Shown in pieces: positions 50,143-62,837 of a DNA stretch of 64,000 nucleotides; the first letter of the stretch is position 1, and every line of letters starts with the position of its first letter. Source of the stretch: Oopsacas minuta (taxonomy: Eukaryota; Animalia; Porifera); contig JAKMXF010000288.1 of NCBI GenBank assembly GCA_024704765.1, positions 485,445-549,444 of the forward strand, given 5' to 3'. The position numbers and the translations under genes were made by a program. Under the pieces are notes generated by a model, which made no database searches, was not told the origin of the DNA, and saw nothing but the letters and a program-made list of their open reading frames with translations.

Positions 50143-53100
50143 ATGAAAAATCTTTTTATTTTTGCTCTTTTTCTGTATTTTGTTTCTGCTCAGGAATTTC
50201 TAACATTCCATAGCAACGGATCTGTTGCTAGGTTTGAAGAATGGCGCCCTGGATCTGCTGGGAGAATCAGATTTCAGTTTAGAACACGATTTGACAACAA
50301 AACTTTGTTTGAAATTTCTTCACAGAATGTCAGCTGGTCGGTTAGAATTGAAAGTTCAATAATTGTCAGAGAATATCAGCTGATTCTTAACCAACCAAAT
50401 CGCTTTCTTACGAAAGAAAAATTTCTTCAGAATAATTTTATTCTGGAAGATAATTGGGTAAATTTTGTTGTCAGAATAACTAATCAAACTCTATCTTTCA
50501 AAGTGTCAGATTCTGTAATCTCATTTCCAATCTTACAACATTCCTATCTATTCAATTGGTTGTTAGGGAATGAACAAGACAATTTCATTGGTTGCATAAA
50601 GAATGTTGGGCTAGCCAATCAGAGCTCAGGATTTCTACCTGTTACTCCTGCTAATTTTACCAAAGTTACAATTGGAACTAATTGTGCTAGAAAATGTAAC
50701 TCAAATTCCTGTGAAAATGGTCGTTGCTTAGAAAACTATCAATCAGCTGTTTGTGATTGTACCGGAACTATGTTTAGTGGAGAAAGGTGTGAAATTGGTG
50801 AGTTATTTGAAGTTATTTTAGTAACAATTATTTATTTGCTATTTATAGAAATCACTACAACCCGCTCTCTCAAATATTCATTCGTTAACCAATCAGATTC
50901 GTTTATAGAATTGGCGCCTTGGGAGTATAATATAGGCGGGAAACTTAGAATACATTTTGCAACAATTCACACCTCAGTTCCTATTATAACTCTCTCAGCC
51001 AATCAATTGCTTCTCAGCTGTAGAATTAATTCTGATGGACTGGTAACAGCTGAGCTCAGAAATTTCTCTAATCATATTAGTCAGCTGATTTTATCAGATA
51101 CTAATGTTGTTGACAATGACTGGATCATTTTATCTTTCATTATAATTTATGGCGGATTTATGATTCAAGTACGATCAGGAGCAGTTACACAATCAGCTGT
51201 TCTCTCAGCTGAATGGACACCTGAACAGCTGGTACCGATATTGGGGGCAACTACCGAATCCGATAATTTCATTGGTTGTATGAAAGGTTTTAAAGTGTCA
51301 AATGGCTCAGAATCTGATCTGGTTAACGCACCAATTTTGAGAACTAAAGGAGTTATTTTTGGTTCCAGTTGTGTCGACAGGTGTCAAAATGTGTCGTGTG
51401 GAGATGGCACATGTGTGAATGCCTGGAGCGGACACATTTGTGACTGCAGTGACACTTTAAAAAGTGGCGCATATTGTTCAGAAGGTAAATATTATTCTAT
51501 TAATTTTGGCCAATCAAAATTATTACATTGAATTTTTATGGAATCAACAGATGCCAGTCTGTAATTAGCCAATGAAATATGTTATTTGATTAATCATATC
51601 ATCACACCTTTATAGATATTTTCTAGAAATTGTGAACCAATCAGAATTTGCTATTTTCATAAAACCTTTTAAGTTATATTATTTGAATTGTAAATTCCAT
51701 AAATTTCTGAATGGATTCTTAACCAATCAAATTCTCTAGAAAATGGAGTCTGCTCGCCAATCAGATTCCATACAAACTAGAATTCAGATTGGTTAATTCT
51801 ATGAATGAAATTTGTTTAGATTCCAATCAAATTGGATTATTTGGAAACGAATCAGCTGATTTCTATCTTGAACAGAATCCCCGCCTAAACTATCTCTCAT
51901 TAATGTTCCGTAGTCTCACTGAGGAGGGCAGAATCCTATTGGTCAGATCCTCACAGACTTATCACACATCAAATCATCAAACAGCTGTTCTAACCTTACA
52001 AACAGCTGATTTACAGCTGTACTTCTCTAAGTATATCCTTAAGATTACAGTTAACATAGCTGGAGTTACAAGTTCCATTAACATATCAGCGTTGCTATGG
52101 TCAGGGTACTCTTCAGAATATTGGAATTTTGTTGCAATAAAATTCAACAAAAATTCTATTGAAATTAAGGTTTGTTCTATTTTTAGAATTAATTATTATT
52201 TTATTGGTTGCTATGCTAGGTCAATGGAATGCAAGGTATCTTGACAACAGCTAGCTGGGATTGGCATTCAGATAGAATTGAAATAGGTAGCGGTATGATT
52301 GGATGTTTTTCTCAATTTATCGTCAACAGATTTCAGGTTTGATTTTAGGCGCCAGAATCCTTATTAACGTAAATTTCTGAGTTATCTGTAATCAGCTGAT
52401 TCTGAGACTAGCCAATCAAATGGTAGATAGAAGCAATACTACATTACTATAAATTCTATTTTTAGAAACTTAGTGAGAGATCAGCTGTGAGCAGAACCTG
52501 TCCTTCTCACACCTCTCTATCCGTATACATTCCATTCTCACAGGATCGTATCCAGGGACTAAGCATTAATGTAATATACAAACTTCTGAATTCTATTTTA
52601 AGATAACTTCTCTTAGAATTGAATTATATTTATTACTCAAAACTATAATCTGGAGTTTCAGCTGTTTATACAAATTGGATCTCCCATTGAGATATTTCTA
52701 TTTCTAAGATCTTAACAATTCGTGACATCAGCTGTCTTCTGTACTATTTATAACTCTTACAAATATTCTAGAATGTGTGGATACAGAGCAGATTAATTAT
52801 ATTACAGTTAGAGTTTTTATTGGCTAATCAACAGCTGTCCAATGGACTCATGTACCTCTCTCTCCCTCTCCTAGACTTACAGCTGATTATTAGTGTTATA
52901 CAACAAACAGTAATAATGACGTCATTGAATTATCAGCTGATTAGTGAAATTAAAGTTAGAGATTTTGCTTGGCATAAATTAGAAATTGTTTTAAGATCAG
53001 CTGGTAACAGGTATGTAATTTAATTAGTAAATAATCAGCTGATTAATATAATTATTTTCTAGTACTTTAATCCGATTGGCTGTTGACAGTCACTCAGAAT

Positions 53101-53763
53101 CTCAGGTTTATGTAACAAAGGAATTCAAGAAATCAAAGCATCTGATTGGTCAGCTCCGTGTTGGAGATGATAACTCTAATTCTATTGGTTAGTTTAGGCG
53201 CCAGAATAATATTAATATTTTACGTTCCCATGGTTACAGGTGGCTGTATAAGGAATGTAGTTCTGTTTGGAAATGAGCTCTCTATTGCTACTCTCCTGTC
53301 CGGGCGGGCTTCTAATTATTCTCTCAATTCTTGTCCAATCACCACGCCATGTGATTTCACACCTTGTGCCAACGGTGCCGCTTGTGAGACACAAAACGAC
53401 ACATTCCTTCGGTGCCTTTGCGTAACTAGGTACAGCGGAGATTTCTGTTTAAGTAAGTTTATTAAATTATATTATTTGCAAATATTTTATGTATAATTTA
53501 TAGATTCCACCACGACACAACTGCCACTTCTCACACCTATCCTAACATTCCTACTGCCCCTGTTTATATCGATGTTACTGTTAATAGCGTCATCAGCTGT
53601 TATCCTGATATGTATGGTTGTTAAGAGGTGTGAAAGAGGACAAGGGACCTATCTAACTAGAGAGGAGACAGGTATAACTCTGATGCAAGATCCCCAGCAA
53701 CCAAACACACCAATAGATATGTTCTTACCCCCAATAAAGCCTACACAAGAATGGCCAGTATAG
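50143..53763 (+). CDS. Neurexin/Caspr-like type I membrane protein: signal peptide, several LamG (LNS) and EGF modules, TM, 4.1-binding motif and PDZ-binding C-terminus
   Basis: Signal MKNLFIFALFLYFVSA; LNS strands (IRFQFRT, FIGCIKN); EGFs CENGRCLENYQSAVCDCTGTMFSGERCE and CANGAACET; TM; RGQGTYLTREE; ends QEWPV. The exons between 51550 and 53150 are only partly resolved. Confidence 0.8.
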
Positions 53764-53852
53764 TAACCAATCAAATTGCAGCTTTAATCATTTATGTATC
53801 ATAGCTTATTAAAATTTATTACAAATATTAAATATACAGAATATACCGACGG

Positions 53853-54521
53853 CAGTATATACCGGTAACAGTATATACCGGTAGCAGTATATACCGGTAA
53901 CAGTATATACCGGTAACAGTATATACCGGTAGCAGTATATACCGGTAACAGTATATACCGGTAACAGTATATACCGGTAGCAGTATATACCGGTAACAGT
54001 ATATACCGGTAGCAGTATATACCGGTAACAGTATATACCGGTAGCAGTATATACCGGTAGCAGTATATATCGGTAACAGTATATACCGGTAACAGTATAT
54101 ACCGGTAGTAGTATATACCGGTAACAGTATATACCGGTAGCAGTATATACCGGTAACAGTATATACCGGTAACAGTATATACCGGTAACAGTATATACCG
54201 GTAACAGTATATACCGGTAACAGTATATACCGGTAGTAGTATATACCGGTAACAGTATATACCGGTAGCAGTATATACCGGTAACAGTATATACCGGTAG
54301 TAGTATATACCGGTAACAGTATATACCGGTAGCAGTATATACCGGTAACAGTATATACCGGTAGCAGTATATACCGGTAACAGTATATACCGGTAACAGT
54401 ATATACCGGTAGTAGTATATACCGGTAACAGTATATACCGGTAGTAGTATATACCGGTAACAGTATATACCGGTAGTAGTATATACCGGTAACAGTATAT
54501 ACCGGTAGCAGTATATACCGG
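53853..54521. repeat. 16-bp minisatellite, about 42 copies
   Basis: Unit (C/T)AGTATATACCGGTA(A/G), containing the palindrome TACCGGTA. Confidence 0.95.
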
Positions 54522-54668
54522 CATCTAGAGTATACCAGTTATAAGAACCATGGATATGTACTTATTGAATGATCGGTTATTTGCTATCCAATTGTTCTTA
54601 TCAGCGATATTATCTGTAGTTATCATATTTAGTTATGTAAACAACAATAAATTGTTACTATAAATAGC

Positions 54669-54914
54669 ATGCCTGGGAAGGCCCGCGGTAGATCTGGGAG
54701 TCCTAAGAAGAAAGTTACAGGAAAGAAGAAAACAAAAAAAGGAAAGAAGTCCTCAGGTCCTACCGGACCCACCAAAGAGCCCCTGACACATACAGAGATT
54801 GTAGACGCATACTATGTCTGCCACAATGCTGCACATTTTCTAACTTATACAGGATTTGTAAAGACAGAAACTAAGAAAGGAAAAAAAGGAAAAAAAGGAA
54901 AAAAGAAAAAATAA
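54669..54914 (+). CDS. SMKR1: Small lysine-rich protein 1-like
   Basis: 81 aa with Lys-rich ends flanking DAYYVCHNAAHFLTYTGF, which resembles the SMKR1 core NLYYIAHNVADCL. Confidence 0.75.
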   Translation: MPGKARGRSGSPKKKVTGKKKTKKGKKSSGPTGPTKEPLTHTEIVDAYYVCHNAAHFLTYTGFVKTETKKGKKGKKGKKKK

Positions 54915-54985
54915 ATTTGTGTTTATTTACCAAATTATTAATCAAATTATTAATCAATAAATCACTTTAATTATTTATTTAAAAG

Positions 54986-57900
54986 CTAGCAATAAAATTT
55001 GACTGGGTTAGTCTTATCGTCCTCATCTTCCGAACAGCTGTGTAGTCCTAGGAGAGCGGGTACCAGTCCCCTAGTAGGGCTAGAGGGCATGGGAGTAACG
55101 GTGTCCTGACTCTCAGGCTCTGGAGACATTCTTGGACTCACTGCGTCACTCTTCCGCCTGAATAGAACAAAGCTCTTCCTCTTAGTTTTTTTGTCAGAAT
55201 TGGAAGATTTTTGTTGAGACATTAAATCGGAAACTGATACCTTAAGTAGTTTCCTAGCAACCGAATCATTCTGAGGAATTTGTAGAGTAATAGCTATCTC
55301 ATGATAATCATATGAGTTATCAAAATATAGGATAGCTCCGTGGAGACCTGAGGACTCTATGTTACCCGTGTAACCACCCAGACCAATGGAATGTAACCAT
55401 AATGATATCTGTCTGTTGGACCAGAAGGGTAGATCTGTCCTGTCAGTGACTGATTGTCTCTGCTTGTCTTCTAGAATATTCCTGTCATAGTTGAGAGATT
55501 TGAGAGCAAATATTCCGTACTGGAGACTATTCCTATGGGAACTCTCAACCATTCCTAAACTGGTCCTTAGTTCCTTCTTAGACAAATGTTCTAGCACCCT
55601 ACCGTCTACGCAGCATTGTCTATTAATAATAAGAATAGTAAATAACAACAAATACACGTGTTAACTAACAAGTAAATAATAACAAACCTGAAATTATTGC
55701 TGTACTGAGTTAGACCTAGAGAAGGCAGCCAATGAGAAGCTATCCATTCGTGGTTAACAGCTCTGTAGGGGGAGAAGAGACAGGGGGTACTAGCCTTAGA
55801 GTGAGCTACCCTCTCTTGGACAGCTTTCATGAGTTTGAGTCTCAGGAGAGGCTGTAGAATTCCCAGTTCTTGTTCGTAGTCCCTCTCTCCCATTGACAGG
55901 AGCATAGGAACTGTTTTGCATTGCCATCTGACTGCATCTCCCACTGACTCGGGTAGACCTAGCTCCACCTCTACCCACCCCTGAAGAGCCTCTGGAGACC
56001 ATAACAGGAATTGTGTGTTCTCTCTTTCCACCAATGAGATTGAGGCCTGTAGTCTAGCTAGTCTCCCTTCTGGGGCCTCACACTCCCCTAGAGAAGAGGG
56101 GGTCTCTTTTGTACCCGGGGATTTAGTTCCTTTAAAGGAACTGACGATTCGTCGGATAGAGGACTTCCTCTTGAGTGATTTCTTTCGGGAGCGGGACATG
56201 TAGAGCTTGGGAGCTCCTGGGTCCAATTCTGTCCTCCCAGGGAGGGACTCATCTACTATTATGTGTGAGGTATCAGATATTGTGGTAGCGGTTTCTATAT
56301 CGGAGAGTGAAGAATGACTCTCTCGGAGAGGGGCACCTAGTCCGCTAACACCTGTCTCAGACTCTGTCGGGGATACTTTATTCTCATCGATGGGAGAGCT
56401 CTTCCTGCTGGAATAAGGTGTTAAGTCAGGACTATTACGTCTCTGTCTCTCAGAGTGTCTAGGAGGATCCATGAGCCGTTTCTGTGACCAGGGATGCAAC
56501 TGATCTCCGTTACCATCTGACATTCTGTTAATTTCTGTAATTATATTGTGTATAGATTGTCTGTTGGATTTCTTTATACGTCTAGACCCTCTCTTCTGAT
56601 TGGGTATTGATACGTTCTCATGTAACAGCTGTTCTAGGTCCATTTTGTCTCTCTGTACTCGGGACAACTTCTCAACTGTCTGCTGTAATCTGAGTTGCAT
56701 CAGTCTTTCACTACTTGATTTGTTCTCTAGTTCTTCTCTCTGCTCTGACATTTGTACCTCCATTTCTTGTAACCTCTCCCTCAAGGTATTCCTCTCTGTA
56801 ATCAGCTGATTGTTAGGATCTAACAGCAGATTACTGGGTTCTGTCAATAGATTATTAGACTCAATTAGTAGCTGATTAACTGGTTCAATCAGCTCAGTAT
56901 TAGGCTCAAACATCTGAAGAGGTATCAGTTCCAGTTTACGCTGTAGTTCCAGACATCTTCTGTTAGCTTCTTGTGTCAATTCTGCTAAGTCTTTTTCACA
57001 CTTAATCACCTGTTTCTCCAATTTATTTATATTCCTCTCCTTGCTGGTCAGAAGTGAGTATAGATCTTTTAACTTTTTGTTAGCTTCTTCACACCTTATT
57101 TTCTCCAGGCTGTACATCTCCCTAGCAACCAATATTATATTAAATATGCATCAAATACATTCTTAGCGTTCCTAGCAATATTCCTGGATTTGTAATTTCT
57201 ATGCAAATTTAATTATTCTGCAGATATGTATAATCTGATTGGCTACCTAGCTTCCTCCAATTCCTGTGTACTCTGCTCATTCTGTGATTCATTAATTAAT
57301 CTATTCTCATCTAACTCAAATTTTAACGCCTCTATCTCCCTCTCCCGCTCAATCAGCTGACTCAATCCGTCATAGTTCTGGTACTTCTCCAGCTGATTGA
57401 GTTCTCTCTGAGCTATAGAATCAGTCAGCTGATCCTCCAGGTCTTTATTCCTTGCTACTTGAGTCTTAAGTTTGTCTTTAACTCTGTCTAAAGTTTTGTG
57501 ATGATCGAACAGACATTTCAAGGCCTTTAATACTTCAACCTTAAAGGAATAGTTACATCTTAGCTACGCTAGAGGGAGATAGGAATGTGTAACAAACCTC
57601 TGATGATACTCCATTTTGAGCGGTCTGCCTCTTAACTACTGTAGACCTGAGAGATCTCTCATGTCGTGCTACCAGTCTCTCCAAATGTTCCAATAGGATC
57701 CGAGTGTTACTCCTCTCACTGAGGAGATCCCTAACCTCCCCGTCCCTCTCTCCTACTATGTCCCTCTGTCCTTCAAGTTCCCCCCGCAGTCTCAGGAATT
57801 CGTCCCAGAACTTGCGAGCCCTCGGCTCAATCCCTAACAGATCGGATTCGGGACAAGTTCTAAGACCATCCAAGTCCTCCAGCTGTGAGTTAGAGAGCTC

Positions 57901-58763
57901 TGGAGTCAGCTGACTAAGTTGTGCTATCAACACATCACGCTCCCGCGTACAGCTGCTCAGATCTTGCTGTAGATAGCGCGCCTGATCTCCCTGCACACTC
58001 AGCTGTTCTTGTAATCTCTCTTTCTGATCTAATAACTTCTCTAGAATCTATAAATAGAACCATGGATAACAACCAATAAATAATCTAATTATATAAATAT
58101 TCTCGCATAATGACCCTTGCTTGTACAAGTATCACTAATTTGATAGGTTAATTTGTAAGGAAATCTTAGACTTCTAATCTAATTAATTCACAAAGCAGAA
58201 ACCACTGATTGAATAGCCAATCAGATTACATCTAAGTTAGTGGTCAGAATTATTAAATAATTACCTGTAAGCTAAACCAATCAATTTCCGTCTTTGCTTA
58301 CAAATCAGAACTTTAGTAGCCAAATTTAAAATAGGCGCCATATATGAGATATTATCTAATCTACCAATCAAATTCATTCCTCAGAACACACTCCTACTCA
58401 TGCTAGATATCACATAACATGTTGTAAGTTAAGCAGAAATTAAATAGTATCACATTCCTGAGTGTAATTTGGTTGTTATGCACTTACCTGCTCTAAATGT
58501 TGAGGACTTAGAGCTGTCATATCGTGCTCAGGAGAGAGGGAGAGGGTTAGAGTGTTTGAGGGCTCCCAAATTGTGTCCAATTCATCTGTCCCAGGGCCGA
58601 TGGGGGTGAGGACAGGGGAGGGTGTCGCTGGTTCATTTCTCTGCGGAGAGAGATTGAGAGCGTCCGGTTTCTTGCGTTCCAGTTTGACTGCAGGAGGAGA
58701 TAGAGATCTGGTCCTGTTTAGTTCGGGAAGTGGCGGTGAATGTTTATTTCTGGAATCTGACAT
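54986..58763 (-). CDS. PPFIA: Liprin-alpha (coiled coils plus three SAM domains)
   Basis: [32 protein letters not shown]...[20 protein letters not shown]; SAM motifs [30 protein letters not shown] and [15 protein letters not shown]. Confidence 0.95.
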
Positions 58764-58894
58764 TCTAAAATGTAAATTAATCAGAAACACAGTATTTATA
58801 CTCAACCAATCAGCGACTAGCTTTAAACTAAGGATTGCAGTAAGCTTTCAAATCCAAATAAATTCAAAATTCAAAAAATACAAAATCTGATTGG

Positions 58895-61800
58895 TCAGTT
58901 AGGCTTAGCAACTGGGGAGAAATGAAGGTTAGCCCGAATTGTGAAGAATTCAGTTCCAGTTCTGCCCGCCGGGTAGTGACAGACGTGATGAGCTGTGTCT
59001 TTGATTGGTTCTTCTGTAGCTTGTCCTACAATTATGTAATCATAAAGTAAACAAATAAATATACAACAAGAAATATTTACCGAGTAGCCAGGTCGCGAGA
59101 GATTGTTCCGGTTTCAGTTTAAAATATTCGTAGCAATCTTTGTGTAAGAAATATTGTTTATTGTCAATACAGAATGCTTTAGGAACGCTCTTATAAGGTC
59201 CCATCGGTTTAGTCGGTAGGAAAAGTACGAAACTTCCTTTCTTAAAATCTGCAACACTAAACCGAGCGCTCGTGGGATCCCTCGCCTCCTCATTTGTCAA
59301 TTTCCTACCAACCTCTGCCTTCATTTGTTCTAGCATAGAGCTGGGATATCTGTAACAACCAATCAAATTATGAGCTTAAACAACCAATCAAAAATTAATA
59401 GTCTTACCTTTGTACACTTCTAGAAAGTTCTCTACAACTGGCGCCTAAAGTAGGCTCCCAATCAGCTGTTTGAAATTCTTCACTCAGCTGATCTTCCAAT
59501 GGCGGTTCCAATACTCCCAAAGTTCCTTTCAGCCAATCAAGCCATGAGCTACATTCTGCTATCTATACACAATTGAATAGGAACTAAACCTATTAATTAG
59601 TTCCATATATCAATGATATCTCAGGAATATTACTATAAACGGGACCGATAGGATCCTTAGCTGGATATTAAATATGAATATTTCACACCTTAGAATTTGC
59701 AGAATCGATCACACTTTGTACGATTGGTTTAGCTTCTCTCTCCTTGTCTAGTTGACCAATCAGCTGTTCGTTTTCTACCTTTAATTTGGTGCTAGATTCG
59801 ATCAGCTGTTTATTTTCTCTTTCAAGTTCTGACAATTTCAGTTGTAAGCGACGTGATTGGTCAGAATTGTCCTGTGTGCTCCCCGGGTTCTGATTGGTCA
59901 GTTTAGGTGTCTGAATAATCGCCAGTAAAATAGACTGTAATTTGTCGTTAATTGAATTAATTTTAATTGAGTGAATTTCCTAAAAATAGATTAATAACAT
60001 TCCATTCTATCAACCCAGCAACCACTGACCTTCATTTCCTTTTCGAGCGCCAAAAGCGCTATTTTCGAGTTCTGAAATTGTGACAGAACTTGACAATTGG
60101 AATTCAGTCTGTAATGTATTTGTACACTCATGTCTTGGTGTCTGTTCTCAATATTCATTCTGATTGTCTTAGCTCTGGCCAGCTGTTCTGCCACCTGTAA
60201 TCTCTTAAGAGCTCTACACTCTCCTAGTAACGGTCTACAAACATAGGAATGTTAGAACATTGCTACTAATGAACACAATCAGCTGACCTGATAATATCTC
60301 TGACGGAGAGAGGCGGAGCTCTCTCCGTGTCGGACATTAGAGCTCCGTGTCTCCTGATAACATCAGCGTCTATTTCTGCAATTGAATCCTCCAAATGTGT
60401 CCTAATTGATTCCAGTTCTGCTGCCATCTCTCTGAAACTAACACATTCCTCTCCGTAACTAAGATTAAGAGAATCTGTGTAGCTAGTCAGCTGATTGGTT
60501 AGATAAGTAATCCTCATTCTGAGGGGATTTAACTCCTCATTCAGTTTAACTCTCATATTTTTGTGTCTCTCCTTCGCCCCCAGGGCATACTGAATATAGG
60601 CGCTAAGTCCTGACACCTAAGATAATTATAAACACAGATATTTGATTGGTTACTGAACTCGCCTGTGAATCAGCTGTTAGGTCTATATCCTTGACAAGCT
60701 TAGAGAATATTTGAGGGATAAATTCTATGTTATCTCTCGTCCGAACTTCTTCTATCCTTTCTGGAGATTTAAGGAATTCTGTCAGCTCCTCGTAGGCCAG
60801 GAGGGGAAGGAGAGGAGGGTCCATCTGTGAGAGAATTGATTGGTCCAGCAGAAATAGTTTGGGATCTTTACCGGAACTTCCGAACTGCTGAGACTTTGAA
60901 AAGTTTACAAAACGCTAAAATTAGAATAAATTTATTCACTAATCCATGGTTACATAATACAAACTAACGTCTAAGTCTGATTGGTCAGTAATTGTAGATT
61001 CTGCCTGTAATGTGTCTCTTATTATTACAATATTATCCAATTGGATATTAAAGTCTGTGTGTATAACAATCCTAAGCTCTGAGAGGAGTAGAGGACCATC
61101 TCCGTAAGGGATCTTACTCTCCAGACCGGAGTGTACAGACACTAACCGAATCTTAGTCTGTACAAGATCGTCAACAGTCTAATTAGACCAATATAACAAA
61201 TCTCAAATCTCCTTATAATTCAAATTTATACAAAATTGTTATTCAAGAAAATTTATGGCAGAATTCTCCACTAATAAAGACGCTAAGAATTGGCTCTGTA
61301 TTATAATTACAAACCTCGAAGAATGCGTCATACGTAATTCTATTAGTTGCTTCTACAACTAAACACCTCTTAATTAACCACGTCATTCTATCCTTGAATA
61401 CAGGTGTTAGAATATCATCTACTTCAGGGGGAAGCTCTCTAACATAAGTTGTCTTCCTGGAATGGCGCGTAAATGCAATGGCATCTCCTAACAATAATAA
61501 TTAAGTAAATTCCATTGAATAGTTATATAGCAACGCACCTTTTGCCTTAAGAATTCTAAGAATATCTTGTATAGGAGCAAAGAACCCACACTTCCCTACT
61601 AGTACCCTGTAGAGGAGAGCTCCTACTGACCAGATGTCTACCGTATGGTCATATGATCCTCCAGGATACATCACACAATACAGAGCTTCAGGCGCCATAA
61701 ATACAGGGGTACCCGCTAGGGATTCCATATCGATATTTCTGTTAGCGAACTCTCCCGTATTCTCCTTGTAGAACCTGGAATAACCGAAATCTGCCAATCT

Positions 61801-62462
61801 AATGTCCCACTCATTGGTCTGTTCCTGGCCCCTTGTCCTCCTATCTGCCCCTGGGAACTTAAGGAGGATATTCTGAGGCTTCAGGTCTCTGTGTACAATA
61901 CTGAGGTTATGCATAGCCCTAATACCTATGCTCAGCTGTTTCAGGAATCTATAAATAGATGAATGAACTTAAGAAATGTATAAATTAATTATTTATACTT
62001 CTCACCTCCTGAATTGTTTCTCAGTTATTTCATTCTTTTTTAAATATTCTTCCAAATCGCAGTCACATATTTCCATAACCAGAACCATCCCAAGCCCTTT
62101 CTGTTCCTCTACTTGCATCAGACGAACCACAAACTCACAACTTATTAATTCCTAAATACATTCCTTTAAAATATGATTAATGAGTCTATAAATAGAATCC
62201 TCACTTCCATTATTTTAATCTCCCGTTTCAGATTTGTGTAAACTTTGTGCTCTTTTTTGTAGAAATCTTCCTTGACAACCTTTACGGCTACTTGGAATGA
62301 TTCATGATCGCTATAACCAAGGAAAACTTCTCCAAATGCGCCTTTTCCTAAACGAGTGGTTGAGCTTTGGTGCCAGGAAAAATCTCCAGAACCTTTAAAC
62401 TCTGCCGGGTTCTGTTTGTGGAGTTCCTTTAGTGCCATAATATGCATTCTTTTACCAAGCAT
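58895..62462 (-). CDS. ULK/TBK1-like Ser/Thr kinase fused to a ubiquitin-like domain, helical scaffold, coiled coil and an ATG11/FIP200-type Claw domain
   Basis: Twelve exons join in phase with no stop. Kinase motifs LGKGAFGEV, VAVK, HRDLKPQNILL, DFG and MAPE are intact. The C-terminus reads RFSVADFKKGSFVLF...YFLHKDC...WLLGQ...GTEFFTIRA. The start lies between 62438 and 62462. Confidence 0.85.
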
Positions 62463-62837
62463 TGTTGCTAAGAAGATGGGACAAATGTATAACATAACTA
62501 TATTAATATTTCCCCGCGGATTACGAGCGGTGAATAGGGTAGCGCACAAGGGGATCAGACATTTATAATAGTGGGTAAATGGATCAGTTAGAGTTAGCAG
62601 AATTGTGAAAATATATATTAATAGTTTGTATTAGTTATAACTAGAAATTAAATATTTGTAACATTAATATAAAGATATACTAAAGACAGTGATCATGTAA
62701 GTAATGGATGGATTCTATTCCGCAATTATAAGATAGTAGACATGCCAAATTTGGTGTCGCAATCTTTGAAGATAGACAACGATTATAGAAATAGAGACTA
62801 TTATATGTAAGAGCATTAGTGAAAAAGATTATTAGAT

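Noticed and set aside
53799-54524. 241-aa ORF, or a possible CRISPR-like array
   Set aside because: It is the translation of a 16-bp minisatellite (48-nt period). There are no unique spacers and the DNA is eukaryotic.
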